A stretch of DNA of 64,000 nucleotides from Candidatus Cloacimonadales bacterium (GCA_963662655.2 CAXXTU010000002.1:1824001-1888000); one strand, 5' to 3'; shown: positions 48,301 through 56,698, counted from the first letter of the stretch. The notes: generated by a model not told the origin, from the sequence alone. Made by a program: numbers and translations.

Positions 48301-48792
48301 AACGATTACATCACGAAGCCCATCGATCCAAGAGTTCTGATCCAGAAGATGGAGAGATGGCTGCCCCGCCAACTGCATGTGGATAGCCTCCCCGCCGGCG
48401 CCAGAGATATCCCAGAGAAATTCTTCCCGGACAACCCCTTGGATAAAATCGCCGTCTTCGACCACCAGGCCCTTCTATCGAGGCTTATGAACGATAAGAA
48501 AATTGCCGATCACATCATCCGGTATTATCTTGATGATACCCCGGAGAAACTCCGGGCAATCAGGGACGCTATCGAAAACGGGGATTTCAGTGCATTGACT
48601 TACCTGTTGCACTCCCTGAAAGGTTCCTCCGCCAATGTGGGAGGAGACCTCTTGAGCAAGGTCGCTCAGGAAATGGAGATAGCTTGCAAGAGAGGCGACT
48701 ACCAGAAAACGCGGACGTTCCTGCCCAACCTTGAACGGCAGTATTATAAGCTCCAGACTGAGATGCTGGTTTTTTTGAAGGACTTATCATGA
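45367..48792 (+). CDS. Hybrid sensor kinase: TM-3xPAS-HisKA-HATPase-REC-REC-Hpt
   Basis: FLANMSHEIRTPLNG, NAIKFT, DTGIG, GGTGLGL, two REC domains, HSLKGSS Hpt; start uncertain. Confidence 0.92.
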   Translation: MREFIDRYIVVFTIIVFLLVAPSLEARAFTEFIGFTSLHFGSLAIAAHPLIILSLVFILIMALLFILYRYIALQNMNASMQTQLSFKSNILAGAMASVTEAIFCTDDSGRITEMNLVAEELSGWKHDEAKGKKLPEILRMISAEDNRRVDDPTFRVLSTGLSMQIPYQIKIADPQGNITTFSVSVKPLVSDTGDTIGTIHTLINDSHEQRMRDAIQESAERFRSLLDASPNTVCSFDRSGRFITINASGLKILNMSREILIGTQLVDIIHDESKPIVKLAIKKVLDGEQATFEAALPQDNNQMLYWWASINPVLDSEGEVSHFNGVMIDITKRKKMEIALRETNEELNQYFTSSLDLLCIADTDGHFLRLNPEWEIVLGYSIEELVGIKFIDLVHPDDIPSTLAAIVTLDNQIEINNFENRYRCKDGSYRWIEWRSRSKGKFIYAAARDVTDRKTHEKQLEESNRKLEIANQRANEMARQAAIASSAKSDFLANMSHEIRTPLNGVIGMANLILSTNLDIEQLHYAETIKKSAEVLLSIINDILDFAKIEAGKLELEILDFDLGSFLQSIAEMMAMRAFGKKLEFICAPTPNTPLRLRGDESRLRQILINLAGNAIKFTHEGEINIRVNTVWQNDRHAKLKFSVSDTGIGIPKDRLDSLFEQFTQVDASTTRKYGGTGLGLAISEQLVRIMDGNIGVESVEGKGSEFWFTITLEKQLELDEGSHEPVDLAGMNVLLIEDNDSYREAIVSYLHSWNSNVDFATEPDMAVEKLETAKDTNQPFQVALLDLRKTESCCEFLARKIKDNPQLSDTALLLISSTRKKEDIDRINASGILAILNKPLDIRKLREYLSGIHRGDLQFRENISDTGFSFPSIKAEAVHVLLVEDNIINQHVILGILSKLGVKADAVADGVEALNALRMIPYDLVLMDIQMPVMDGIQTTEEIRNIETGVLDHKIPIFAMTAHAIKGYREKCEQAGMNDYITKPIDPRVLIQKMERWLPRQLHVDSLPAGARDIPEKFFPDNPLDKIAVFDHQALLSRLMNDKKIADHIIRYYLDDTPEKLRAIRDAIENGDFSALTYLLHSLKGSSANVGGDLLSKVAQEMEIACKRGDYQKTRTFLPNLERQYYKLQTEMLVFLKDLS

Positions 48793-49475
48793 GCAATAAA
48801 ACGAAGATACTAATTGCCGAGGACGATCTCGTTTCCCGCACCATGCTTTGCTCCGTGCTTTCAAAGGCAGGCTACGCGACGCTGGAAGCAGATTCCGGAG
48901 GCCAGGCATTGAAAATTATGTGTCAGGAGGATGCTCCACGACTAGCCATCCTCGACTGGGTTCTTCCCGGATTGAACGGACTGGAGATCGTGAAGCAACT
49001 CCGTGAAAAGAAGCTGGCTGACCCGCCGTACCTGATTATGCTCACCAGCAAAAGCAGCAAGTACGACCTCATCGAAGCGCTCAACGCCGGTGCGGACGAC
49101 TACCTGATCAAACCCTACGATGCCGCCGTTCTTCAAGCCCGGCTGAAAGTGGGATTGCGCATGATCAAGATGCAAAGAGAGATCAAGGAGCGGGAGAAGC
49201 TCAAGGGCGTTCTGGAAATGGCCGGGGCCGTTACACACGAATTGAATCAGCCGCTGCAAAGCGTCTTCGGCTACGCGGAACTGCTGATGAACAATCTGAA
49301 ACCAGAGGATCCGCACTATCGAATCCTCTCGAAAATCATCCACGGCGTTCAGCGCATTGGAGAACTCACCCACAAGTTCGTAACGATAACGCATTATCAA
49401 TCAAAAGCCTATCTGGACGACACCATCATCGATATTGACAAGGCTTCTTTGAAGCAGGACGGAGATTTACTTTAA
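48789..49475 (+). CDS. Response regulator: REC plus HisKA dimerisation domain, no ATPase
   Basis: AEDD, LDW..P...G, GADDYL.KP; HELNQPL H-box. Confidence 0.88.
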   Translation: MSNKTKILIAEDDLVSRTMLCSVLSKAGYATLEADSGGQALKIMCQEDAPRLAILDWVLPGLNGLEIVKQLREKKLADPPYLIMLTSKSSKYDLIEALNAGADDYLIKPYDAAVLQARLKVGLRMIKMQREIKEREKLKGVLEMAGAVTHELNQPLQSVFGYAELLMNNLKPEDPHYRILSKIIHGVQRIGELTHKFVTITHYQSKAYLDDTIIDIDKASLKQDGDLL

Positions 49476-49521
49476 ATAAACACGACAATGAACGCAAGAA
49501 GAAACTATCACGGGAGGTTTT

Positions 49522-49923
49522 ATGCCATTGGTAAACTGGTCTGACGGATTAAGCGTCAACGTATCGTCGATCGATCAGCAACACAAGAAATGGATCGGAA
49601 TGATCAACGATCTCCACGAAGCCATGAAGCAGGGAAAAGGCAATGACGTCATGGGCAAGATACTGAGCGGAATCGTCGACTACACCAAGACGCATTTCGC
49701 CACGGAAGAACGCTACTTCAAGCAATACAACTACCCGGACGCCGAGGCTCATATCAAGATACACAACGGGTTTGTCGAAAAGGTCGTGCAATTGCAGACC
49801 GACTTCAACAAGGGGGGCTTAGGATTATCCATCAAAGCGATGGACGTTCTCAAGGACTGGTTTGTGAATCATATTATCGATAAAAAGTATTCGGATTTCT
49901 TCAACGAGAAAGGATTGTCCTGA
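49522..49923 (+). CDS. Bacteriohemerythrin
   Basis: W.D.LSV....ID.QH, HF..EE, YP....H...H, W...HI. Confidence 0.88.
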   Translation: MPLVNWSDGLSVNVSSIDQQHKKWIGMINDLHEAMKQGKGNDVMGKILSGIVDYTKTHFATEERYFKQYNYPDAEAHIKIHNGFVEKVVQLQTDFNKGGLGLSIKAMDVLKDWFVNHIIDKKYSDFFNEKGLS

Positions 49924-49964
49924 AAAAAAAGCAGGTGATGTCCAGCGATATCACCTGCTTTTTT
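49923..49964. terminator. Bidirectional intrinsic terminator
   Basis: A8-GCAGGTGAT...ATCACCTGC-T6 between convergent genes. Confidence 0.85.
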
Positions 49965-49983
49965 CGTGCAATTCTGTAAAAAA

Positions 49984-50352
49984 TTATGCCTCTGCCGGCG
50001 GGGCCACTTTCATGACATCCTGGATGATCTCATGGAAGGTCTTCTTGGGAAGCGCACCCATCGCCATTTGAGGCTGCCCATCTTTCGGAATGAACAGCAA
50101 CGAGGGGATACTCTGAATCCCGAACATTCCCGCCAGTTCGCGTTGATCTTCCGTATTGATCTTGTAGATATCGAGCTTGTCTCCGTACTCGGCGGAGAGC
50201 TCCTCGAGTACCGGCGCAACCATCTTGCACGGCGCACACCAGTCGGCATAAAAATCTATGATCGCAGGTTTGTCACCCACGAAATTCCATTCCTTATTGT
50301 TCTCGAAGTCGAAGACTTTTTGCTTGAAAGTATCCAGGGTTAGGTGTTCCAT
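49984..50352 (-). CDS. trxA: Thioredoxin
   Basis: DFYADWCAPCK, IQSIPS; AAGGAG SD before ATG 50352. Confidence 0.92.
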   Translation of the reverse strand: MEHLTLDTFKQKVFDFENNKEWNFVGDKPAIIDFYADWCAPCKMVAPVLEELSAEYGDKLDIYKINTEDQRELAGMFGIQSIPSLLFIPKDGQPQMAMGALPKKTFHEIIQDVMKVAPPAEA

Positions 50353-50474
50353 TGTTACTCCTTTGGTTCGTTTTTCTGATAGGATATCCGAATATTTGCT
50401 AATGTCAAATTTTTGTTCGGAGAAAATTTTATCATATTGATAATTCTGAAACACCCTTCGCCATATTGTATTGT

Positions 50475-50975
50475 CTACGTTTTAGTTACACCATAATTCT
50501 CAACCGACCACTCCACCAGTTTCCCATGCTCGTAGGTAAATTTGGCCGAGAAAAAGCCGGGATCGTCGAGCCATTGCAAGAAAATGCGATCACCTTCCCA
50601 TAAATTCAATTCGAGCAAGAGGTCATTCGGAATCCACGACAATTCACCCTCGGGGGAATCGATCATCGAGCCACTCCAATGCTTGAACGTGAAGAGGAAT
50701 ACATACCAGTCGTTAATACCATCGAAAAGGGGAAAGGTCAGAAATCCGCGCAGGTACGGATCGGAGACCTCCAGCCCGGATTCCTCGAGCACCTCGCGGA
50801 TCGCGCATTCCTCGGGCGTCTCCCCCGCTTCCAGCTTTCCACCGAGCCCATTCCACTTCTGTTTGTGGATATCGTTCTTCTTGCGATTCCGGAAGAGCAT
50901 GAGCGTCTTCTCTTCATCCCGAAGATAGCATAGCGTGGCGAGAATCTTGTTTCGCTTTGATTGGGATTGCTGCAT
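50475..50975 (-). CDS. Nudix hydrolase (8-oxo-dGTPase MutT/MTH1-like)
   Basis: WNGLGGK.E.GETP..CA.REV.EESG Nudix box; EGEL.W; WEGD. Confidence 0.9.
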   Translation of the reverse strand: MQQSQSKRNKILATLCYLRDEEKTLMLFRNRKKNDIHKQKWNGLGGKLEAGETPEECAIREVLEESGLEVSDPYLRGFLTFPLFDGINDWYVFLFTFKHWSGSMIDSPEGELSWIPNDLLLELNLWEGDRIFLQWLDDPGFFSAKFTYEHGKLVEWSVENYGVTKT

Positions 50976-50992
50976 GACGCTCTAGTACTCTG

Positions 50993-51400
50993 TCAGATTT
51001 TCCTCATGGGCATGACAGCCCACATGATCAAATAGATAACTGCGCCAATTCCAGAAGCTCCGGCAAGTGCGATGAAGGCGATTCTGATAATCGTTACATC
51101 CCAGCCCGTATAGTCGGCGATTCCGCCACATACACCGGCGATAACCTTTTCTCGGGGATTGCGAAACATATTGCCGCGGGGGATTTCGTCTTCGGGATAC
51201 ACGTCGATTACCTGAGGATTGCTTTCCTTGGGAAGAATCAGCATCAATGCCAGGTATACCAGAATCCCGTATCCGCCGAAAATGGTGGCAAGCACGAACA
51301 CGATACGAACGACATCGGAGCTGAAGCCCAATGACTCTCCCAATCCACCGCATACACCGGCTATTTTCCTGTCTTTTTCACTGAGATGCAATTTTCTCAT
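50993..51400 (-). CDS. Tandem PspC-domain membrane protein
   Basis: Two copies of IAGVCGG......D....R. Confidence 0.88.
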   Translation of the reverse strand: MRKLHLSEKDRKIAGVCGGLGESLGFSSDVVRIVFVLATIFGGYGILVYLALMLILPKESNPQVIDVYPEDEIPRGNMFRNPREKVIAGVCGGIADYTGWDVTIIRIAFIALAGASGIGAVIYLIMWAVMPMRKI

Positions 51401-51555
51401 AATCTGACTCCTTTCGCAGTTTCCCAGACCATAGAATCTGGCGTTATAACGTCAATGGAAAAATCTATAATACGGTCATGTCCATAACAAAATATGTTCG
51501 TATGAATTGACTGTGTTTCTTCACTGACCGTTAGTTAAACCGCGAGTCATATTAG

Positions 51556-51617
51556 AGATCAATGTTCACTTTTTTCTTGACACAGATTCTTCTTTACATA
51601 AAAGTGATCAGCGTTCT
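51556..51617 (+). promoter_or_regulatory. tetR promoter (-35 TTGACA at 51577) flanked by two putative operators
   Basis: AGATCAATGTTCACTT (51556-51571) and inverted AAGTGATCAGCGTTCT (51602-51617) resemble the site at 52276. Confidence 0.5.
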
Positions 51618-51634
51618 TGAAAGGAGCCGACGAA

Positions 51635-52249
51635 ATGCAAATTCAGAAAGATTATATTCGAAAAGCAATACTCGACAGCGCGAAGGACGAATTCCTGGAG
51701 AAGGGATATCGTAAAGCGTCCATACGGGCAATCGCCTCGCGCGCGGATGTCACATTGAGCAATATCTACAACTACTTCAAAGACAAGGATGAGATATTCA
51801 GGGAGATTATGATGCCCATCCTGGATGCCATCAAAGAAGGACAGCGGCGCATCGAGCACATGGAGAGGGACGAGAAATCGTTTTCGGAAGAAGAGCACGT
51901 GCGAATGCTGGACAAACCCGCCGAATTCATATACAATAACCGCGAGATGTTCAATCTTCTGCTCTACCGCTCCGAGGGTTCCTCCCTCGCCGACTTGCCG
52001 GAGGAGATGACGAAATGGAACGCGCGAATCATGCGGCTCTCTGTGGAATGGGCTTCGGAGCGACACCATGTTCAAATCGACGCGCCTTCAGAATACATGC
52101 TACACTACATCGGCTCGGCCTGGATTCACCTCGCGATGGACTCCGTCCGGTACAACTATCCCCTGGAGACGATGAAAGAGAACGCCAAGCAGCTCATGCG
52201 GTTTGTTCTGCATGGATGGATCGGCATGTTAGGCGTACCCCACCATTGA
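51635..52249 (+). CDS. TetR/AcrR-family regulator
   Basis: IL.SA..EF..KGY..AS.R.IA.......NIYNYF..K.EIF; AAGGAG SD. Confidence 0.92.
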   Translation: MQIQKDYIRKAILDSAKDEFLEKGYRKASIRAIASRADVTLSNIYNYFKDKDEIFREIMMPILDAIKEGQRRIEHMERDEKSFSEEEHVRMLDKPAEFIYNNREMFNLLLYRSEGSSLADLPEEMTKWNARIMRLSVEWASERHHVQIDAPSEYMLHYIGSAWIHLAMDSVRYNYPLETMKENAKQLMRFVLHGWIGMLGVPHH

Positions 52250-52264
52250 GGTGGGATTTTTTTT
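52239..52264 (+). terminator. Intrinsic terminator after tetR
   Basis: CCCACC/GGTGGG stem followed by T8. Confidence 0.6.
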
Positions 52265-52275
52265 AAGAACATACA

Positions 52276-52291
52276 GGAACATTGTTCATTT
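52276..52291. promoter_or_regulatory. Putative TetR operator GAACA-T-TGTTC
   Basis: Palindrome directly upstream of the methyltransferase SD. Confidence 0.5.
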
Positions 52292-52307
52292 ATAAGGAGA
52301 AAATAAA

Positions 52308-52892
52308 ATGGAGAAGACAATGAAGAATCGGCAAATGCAAAAAGACGATCACTGCGTATGTCCTGTCTGGATGGCATACACGTTCGATAATCCGCTGAGG
52401 AAGCTGTTTCACGATCCGCAGAAGCTGTATTCGCCCTGGCTGAAAGAAGGCATGACCGCCCTCGATCTGGGCTGCGGACTCGGCTATATGAGCCTGGGGA
52501 TGGCAAAACTCGTGGGAGAAGACGGAAAGGTTCTATCCGTCGACATGCAGCAGGGAATGCTGGACCGGCTTCAAAGACGCGCGGCCAGGAGAGGTCTCGG
52601 CCGGCGCATCCAACCGACGCTCTGCATGCAGGACGGTTTTGCGACGCAGGAGAAGGTCGATTTCGCGCTGGCGTTCTGGATGCTTCACGAAACGCCCGAC
52701 TTCAAACGCACACTGGCGATGCTTTACGAATCACTCAAACCCGGTGGGCATCTGTTTGTCGCGGAGCCGAAGATGCACATCGACAGGAAGGAGTTCATCA
52801 ACACACTCGACGCCGCCAAGGATATCGGATTCGAGATTGTCGCCAATCCGGATGTCAAACTCAGCCTTGCTGTAGCGCTCCGGAAGCCTTAA
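52308..52892 (+). CDS. Class I SAM-dependent methyltransferase
   Basis: LDLGCGLG, VD.Q..ML, HE, LKPGG.L. Confidence 0.9.
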   Translation: MEKTMKNRQMQKDDHCVCPVWMAYTFDNPLRKLFHDPQKLYSPWLKEGMTALDLGCGLGYMSLGMAKLVGEDGKVLSVDMQQGMLDRLQRRAARRGLGRRIQPTLCMQDGFATQEKVDFALAFWMLHETPDFKRTLAMLYESLKPGGHLFVAEPKMHIDRKEFINTLDAAKDIGFEIVANPDVKLSLAVALRKP

Positions 52893-52952
52893 CACTTGAC
52901 GTTATTGCCCCCTCCCGTTATATTGCTTGCAAAGACAATTCGGGAGGAATAC

Positions 52953-54104
52953 ATGAAACAAAGGGCAATTTTCGCCATCATCGCAATAGGGATTCTTTAT
53001 CTGGCCGGCTGTGCCAATTCGGACGACAGCTATACGTCGGAGCCGGGAGATAAAATCGAGACCATACTGCTGAACGCGGTTTCCGATGCGCATCCCGGTT
53101 TTGAGCTGTATGTGGATTCACCAGACTACGGGCAGTGGAACCTTGCTGCCGGCAAGGCGAACCTGGCAACCGGCGAAGCGATGGTTCCGGAAAACCGTCT
53201 CCGCATGGGAAGCACGACCAAAACCTTCACGGCTACGCTGTGCCTCCTGCTACATGAAGACGGCCTGCTCGATTTCGACTGGACGCTGGACGGATTCCTT
53301 CCCGATATCACCGTCCCTCACGATTCGCTGATCACGATCGAGCACCTGCTCAACATGACCAGCGGTTTGCTGGACTACGCCAACGACGACACGACCATCC
53401 TTCAGCAAATGCTGGACGACCCCGAGCACCAGTTCACGCCGGAAGAGCTCGTGAATCGCGGTATCGAGATTACGGACCCTGCCAACATGGAGCCCGGAAC
53501 CTGGTGGCACTATTCCAACACAAACTACGTTATCCTCGGGCTCATCATCGAAGAGGTGGGCGGGGCATCATACGCAAACCAGATGAGAACGCGCATTCTG
53601 GAACCGCTCGGGCTGGACGGGATCACCGTTGACGAAACGCCGCAGCAAATGGCCCACGGTTACCTGGATAAAGACGACGACGGAATTTTGGACGATCTGA
53701 CGACGTGGAATCCGACGCAGTTCTGGAGCGCGGGTTGCATGGTGGGAACCGCTCACGACCTGGCACGTTTCGCACGGCTCCTCTTCGACGGACACATCCT
53801 CAGCGATAGCTCTATGGAGCTCATGCAGGGCTGGTTTGTAGTTGGGGAGGGCATCCCCTTCTCGTACGGCTACGGCTGCGGTTTTTACACGGACATGGAT
53901 ATGATTGGGCACAACGGCGGAACCCCGGGCTATGCTGCCGAAATGTGGTATCACATCCCCAGCGGAACCGTCATCACCGTGCTGTCCAACTCCAACCGCA
54001 CAGACGGCGACCACACCTTCAACCTGGTCTACGAAGTCGGGAAAGACCTGAACTTCGGCGATTACTCCCAGTCCCGCTCGATGCAGGAATGGGTGGTGTA
54101 TTAG
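52953..54104 (+). CDS. Serine hydrolase lipoprotein (beta-lactamase/D-Ala-D-Ala carboxypeptidase family)
   Basis: Lipobox LAGC; STTK, LL.MTSG, YSN.NY, HNG; GGAGG SD. Confidence 0.9.
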   Translation: MKQRAIFAIIAIGILYLAGCANSDDSYTSEPGDKIETILLNAVSDAHPGFELYVDSPDYGQWNLAAGKANLATGEAMVPENRLRMGSTTKTFTATLCLLLHEDGLLDFDWTLDGFLPDITVPHDSLITIEHLLNMTSGLLDYANDDTTILQQMLDDPEHQFTPEELVNRGIEITDPANMEPGTWWHYSNTNYVILGLIIEEVGGASYANQMRTRILEPLGLDGITVDETPQQMAHGYLDKDDDGILDDLTTWNPTQFWSAGCMVGTAHDLARFARLLFDGHILSDSSMELMQGWFVVGEGIPFSYGYGCGFYTDMDMIGHNGGTPGYAAEMWYHIPSGTVITVLSNSNRTDGDHTFNLVYEVGKDLNFGDYSQSRSMQEWVVY

Positions 54105-54133
54105 CGTTTTCCTCTTCAAAATAATCGTTTGGC

Positions 54134-54200
54134 CCTTCGACTCCGCTCAGGGTGACAAACTCTTATTTTTCAGATCGTTGTAATCCGTGTCATCTTGAGC
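54134..54200. repeat. REP-like repeat (same family as 9174-9315) plus a degenerate inverted partner
   Basis: CCTTCGACTCCGCTCAGGGTGACAAAC at 54134-54160; TGTCATCTTGAGC at 54188-54200. Confidence 0.8.
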
Positions 54201-54332
54201 TGTAGGTTTCACGAAGTGATAATCTGAATCATTCAAATTGTCGTAGGATAATTCAATATAAGCAAGCGATTTAGATTGACATTATACTACCCACTCCTTG
54301 GTATTGTTAATATACTTATATTAGGGGGAATC

Positions 54333-55238
54333 ATGCCAACGTTTTCGGAGAGAATCGGAGAGGTGAAACCGCCAGAATTCATGCAGCTAGATGGAATGAA
54401 TGAGGAACTTGCAAATGGACTATTGAACATTTGCGAGGATATTATTGGAAATAGCCTTGCAAACTTAACTGATGCCCTCACTCACTTCGAGAAAAGAATT
54501 GCTAACTCTTTGAAAATTCGATACGATAACCAATTACTATCGTCAATTGGGGTTCACGGTAAAAGTTTTTCCGCAAACAAATTAACAGAACTCTTTATGA
54601 AAATCCAATGGCATGACCGTTATTCTTTCATGGAAGAACTTCTCGAGAATTACCATTTTTACTTATCATGGAGAAAAATCCTTCCTGAGGAGATAAGCGA
54701 GAAACTGCAAGAAGCTGTAAATAGGATCAATTGGAATTTAATTCGAGAGAATTCAGGCTACCGCCTTAGCAAAGACCTCATATTTATCCCAATCACATCC
54801 GAAACAGAACTCAAAGAAGTGGAACAAACCCAGAAATGCGAAATCGAATCCGTAAGAGATCGATTCAATCACGCTGTCTCCTTATTCTCGGATCGTGAAA
54901 AACCGGATTATGCGAATGCAGTGAAAGAGGCAATTTCAACGATGGAATCCCTGGCTCAATATTACACCGGAAATCCATCTGGAACATTGGGGGAACGTAT
55001 AATGTCCTCCAGAGTATGCAAGAGAACACCTCGGCTAATCTCACTTCCGCAGCCTTTAAAAGAAGCGATGAATAAGCTTTATGGCTATGCAAGCAATGAA
55101 GGGGATGTCCGACATAGCAACAACGAGTCAGACCATGTAGTCACATTTAACGAAGCCAAATTCATCATCGTAACGGCATCGGCCCTTATCAACTACATCA
55201 TCGCGCTGAATCCGACGAAGAAAGAGCCCGAGAAATAG
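54333..55238 (+). CDS. AbiJ-NTD4-like protein with probable HEPN-like C-terminus (candidate defence gene)
   Basis: FSER.G......Q...M..EL.N.L.N; C-terminal Y.NAVKEAIS.ME...TLG...KLYGY.S....VRH; AT-rich. Confidence 0.65.
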   Translation: MPTFSERIGEVKPPEFMQLDGMNEELANGLLNICEDIIGNSLANLTDALTHFEKRIANSLKIRYDNQLLSSIGVHGKSFSANKLTELFMKIQWHDRYSFMEELLENYHFYLSWRKILPEEISEKLQEAVNRINWNLIRENSGYRLSKDLIFIPITSETELKEVEQTQKCEIESVRDRFNHAVSLFSDREKPDYANAVKEAISTMESLAQYYTGNPSGTLGERIMSSRVCKRTPRLISLPQPLKEAMNKLYGYASNEGDVRHSNNESDHVVTFNEAKFIIVTASALINYIIALNPTKKEPEK

Positions 55239-55240
55239 GA

Positions 55241-55266
55241 AGGGCAGGCACAGGTACCTGCCCTAC
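55241..55266 (-). repeat. GTAG-family REP element
   Basis: Minus strand reads GTAGGGCAGGTACCTGTGCCTGCCCT: GTAG tetranucleotide plus imperfect GC palindrome. Confidence 0.6.
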
Positions 55267-55276
55267 ATCAAATCGT

Positions 55277-56509
55277 TCACTTGCGCTTGCCGGGGCGAGT
55301 CATTTCATCTTCTGTCGCCTGGCGTGTGCCGACAAGAATGAACTCGAACCACAGGCGGAATTTCTCGCCGTGGAATTCCAGTTCCGGGGCGTCCTTCCAC
55401 TTCTCCCAGGTTACGAATCCGCCCATCTTCCATCCCTCCGAGATGTACGTCCGGTGCAAAATCTCGCGTCCTTCGCTGTCGATGTAACTCTCGGCGTAGT
55501 TCCTGCCGTGGTAGTCGTTTTCGCTGGTGCGGACGCGGATACAGTTCTCGTAGAACGTATTGTCGATGGTCACGTTGACGATATCGCGCTCGATGTTTTC
55601 CTTCTCGCCGATCTCGGTGGAAGGCGCGGTGATGGTCAGCTTCATCGGCTGAACCAGCTCCTCCCGCTCGATATCGATCTTGACCTTGTCCGGCTCGTTG
55701 AAGTGGAACACGCGAAACGGCATTTCGATGATGTCGTCCTGGATCGTATAATAAAGGAACCGCTCGGTCTCGCCTACGCGACGATCGTATACGTTGTGAA
55801 CCTCCCAAACTTCCCTGCCGAAGATTTCAGCCTTGCGGGAGACGATGCTGTCAGCTTGAAAGACCAGGATGCGCCCGGGGTGCTCGTAACCGGCGATGAT
55901 CTCGACATCGCCGACGCCCTTCAACGGCGATCCCATGAACAGTCCGTGGCCGGTGCGTTGAACGGTAATTTTAGGTGGATTCTCTACTTCCTCTATCTTG
56001 ATTTCCGGGATATTATGTGCTTCTTTTTGGGGCATGGTCATCTCCTTTTTCAATCGGTTTCGGGCATCGTGAAGTTGTCGTTTGATCGAGCCTTCCGGAA
56101 TCTTCAGCAGCTTGCTGATCTCCGACACCTTGTGATGCGTAAAGTATTTCATGAATAGAAGATATTGCGTCCTGGAAGGGAGGTTGCCCATCGCCTCGGC
56201 AATTGCCGGCGTTTCCAAATCCTTCGTCGGGATGTTCCGCTCAAGCAGGAACGAGCTGGTGTGCACGTGCCGGCCACGTTCCTTGAGATAGCTGAAGCTC
56301 TGATTGCGCGCGATTGTCATGAGCCACGCCCTCAAATTGAACGGCTCTGAGAAATCTACCAGGCTTTGCAGCGCATTGATCAAAGTCTGCTGTAGAATCT
56401 CGTCCGTGTCGTCGCGATTACCCGTATAGCGGTGTATCCAACTCCTGAGCTGCGGGATGATCTCGACGATCTCATCCTGCCATTGCTGTTCGGTTTTCTC
56501 TCTCAACAT
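55277..56509 (-). CDS. ECF sigma factor with about 250-aa C-terminal extension
   Basis: D.DEILQ.T, FNLRAWL..IARN, region 4 EIS.LL.IPEGSIK..LH.AR..LK; long soluble extension. Confidence 0.85.
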   Translation of the reverse strand: MLREKTEQQWQDEIVEIIPQLRSWIHRYTGNRDDTDEILQQTLINALQSLVDFSEPFNLRAWLMTIARNQSFSYLKERGRHVHTSSFLLERNIPTKDLETPAIAEAMGNLPSRTQYLLFMKYFTHHKVSEISKLLKIPEGSIKRQLHDARNRLKKEMTMPQKEAHNIPEIKIEEVENPPKITVQRTGHGLFMGSPLKGVGDVEIIAGYEHPGRILVFQADSIVSRKAEIFGREVWEVHNVYDRRVGETERFLYYTIQDDIIEMPFRVFHFNEPDKVKIDIEREELVQPMKLTITAPSTEIGEKENIERDIVNVTIDNTFYENCIRVRTSENDYHGRNYAESYIDSEGREILHRTYISEGWKMGGFVTWEKWKDAPELEFHGEKFRLWFEFILVGTRQATEDEMTRPGKRK

Positions 56510-56595
56510 TCTCTCCTTGGAAACAATATCTATATGATTAATAGAATTTTGTCAAAATGGTTCGGTTTTTTCTCTCTTTTTCTTTCCGACTACCC

Positions 56596-56698
56596 AGCGT
56601 GAGGCATTTCGTTTTCTTCCGGTATCCCCTGTGTTGTTTCCCGGTGAAAGCGGGGTATATACACAGGGGATGCCGGAAGGAGGCGAAAGGACCACGCT
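56596..56698 (+). other. Long rod-like stem-loop, candidate ncRNA or miniature element
   Basis: 56608-56634 pairs fully with 56661-56687 (four G-U pairs, no mismatches); outer AGCGTG/CACGCT; GAAA in the terminal loop. Confidence 0.55.

Noticed and set aside
54985..55050. Possible compensated frameshift in the AbiJ-like gene (segment IMSSRVCKRTPRLIS looks atypical)
   Set aside because: The frame is open and this region is variable in the family; it cannot be supported without an alignment
56661..56690. CCGGAAGGAGGC resembling the SRP RNA domain IV
   Set aside because: Lacks the CAGG-n-CC-GNRA-GG-AGCAG spacing, and the motif is buried in a long stem
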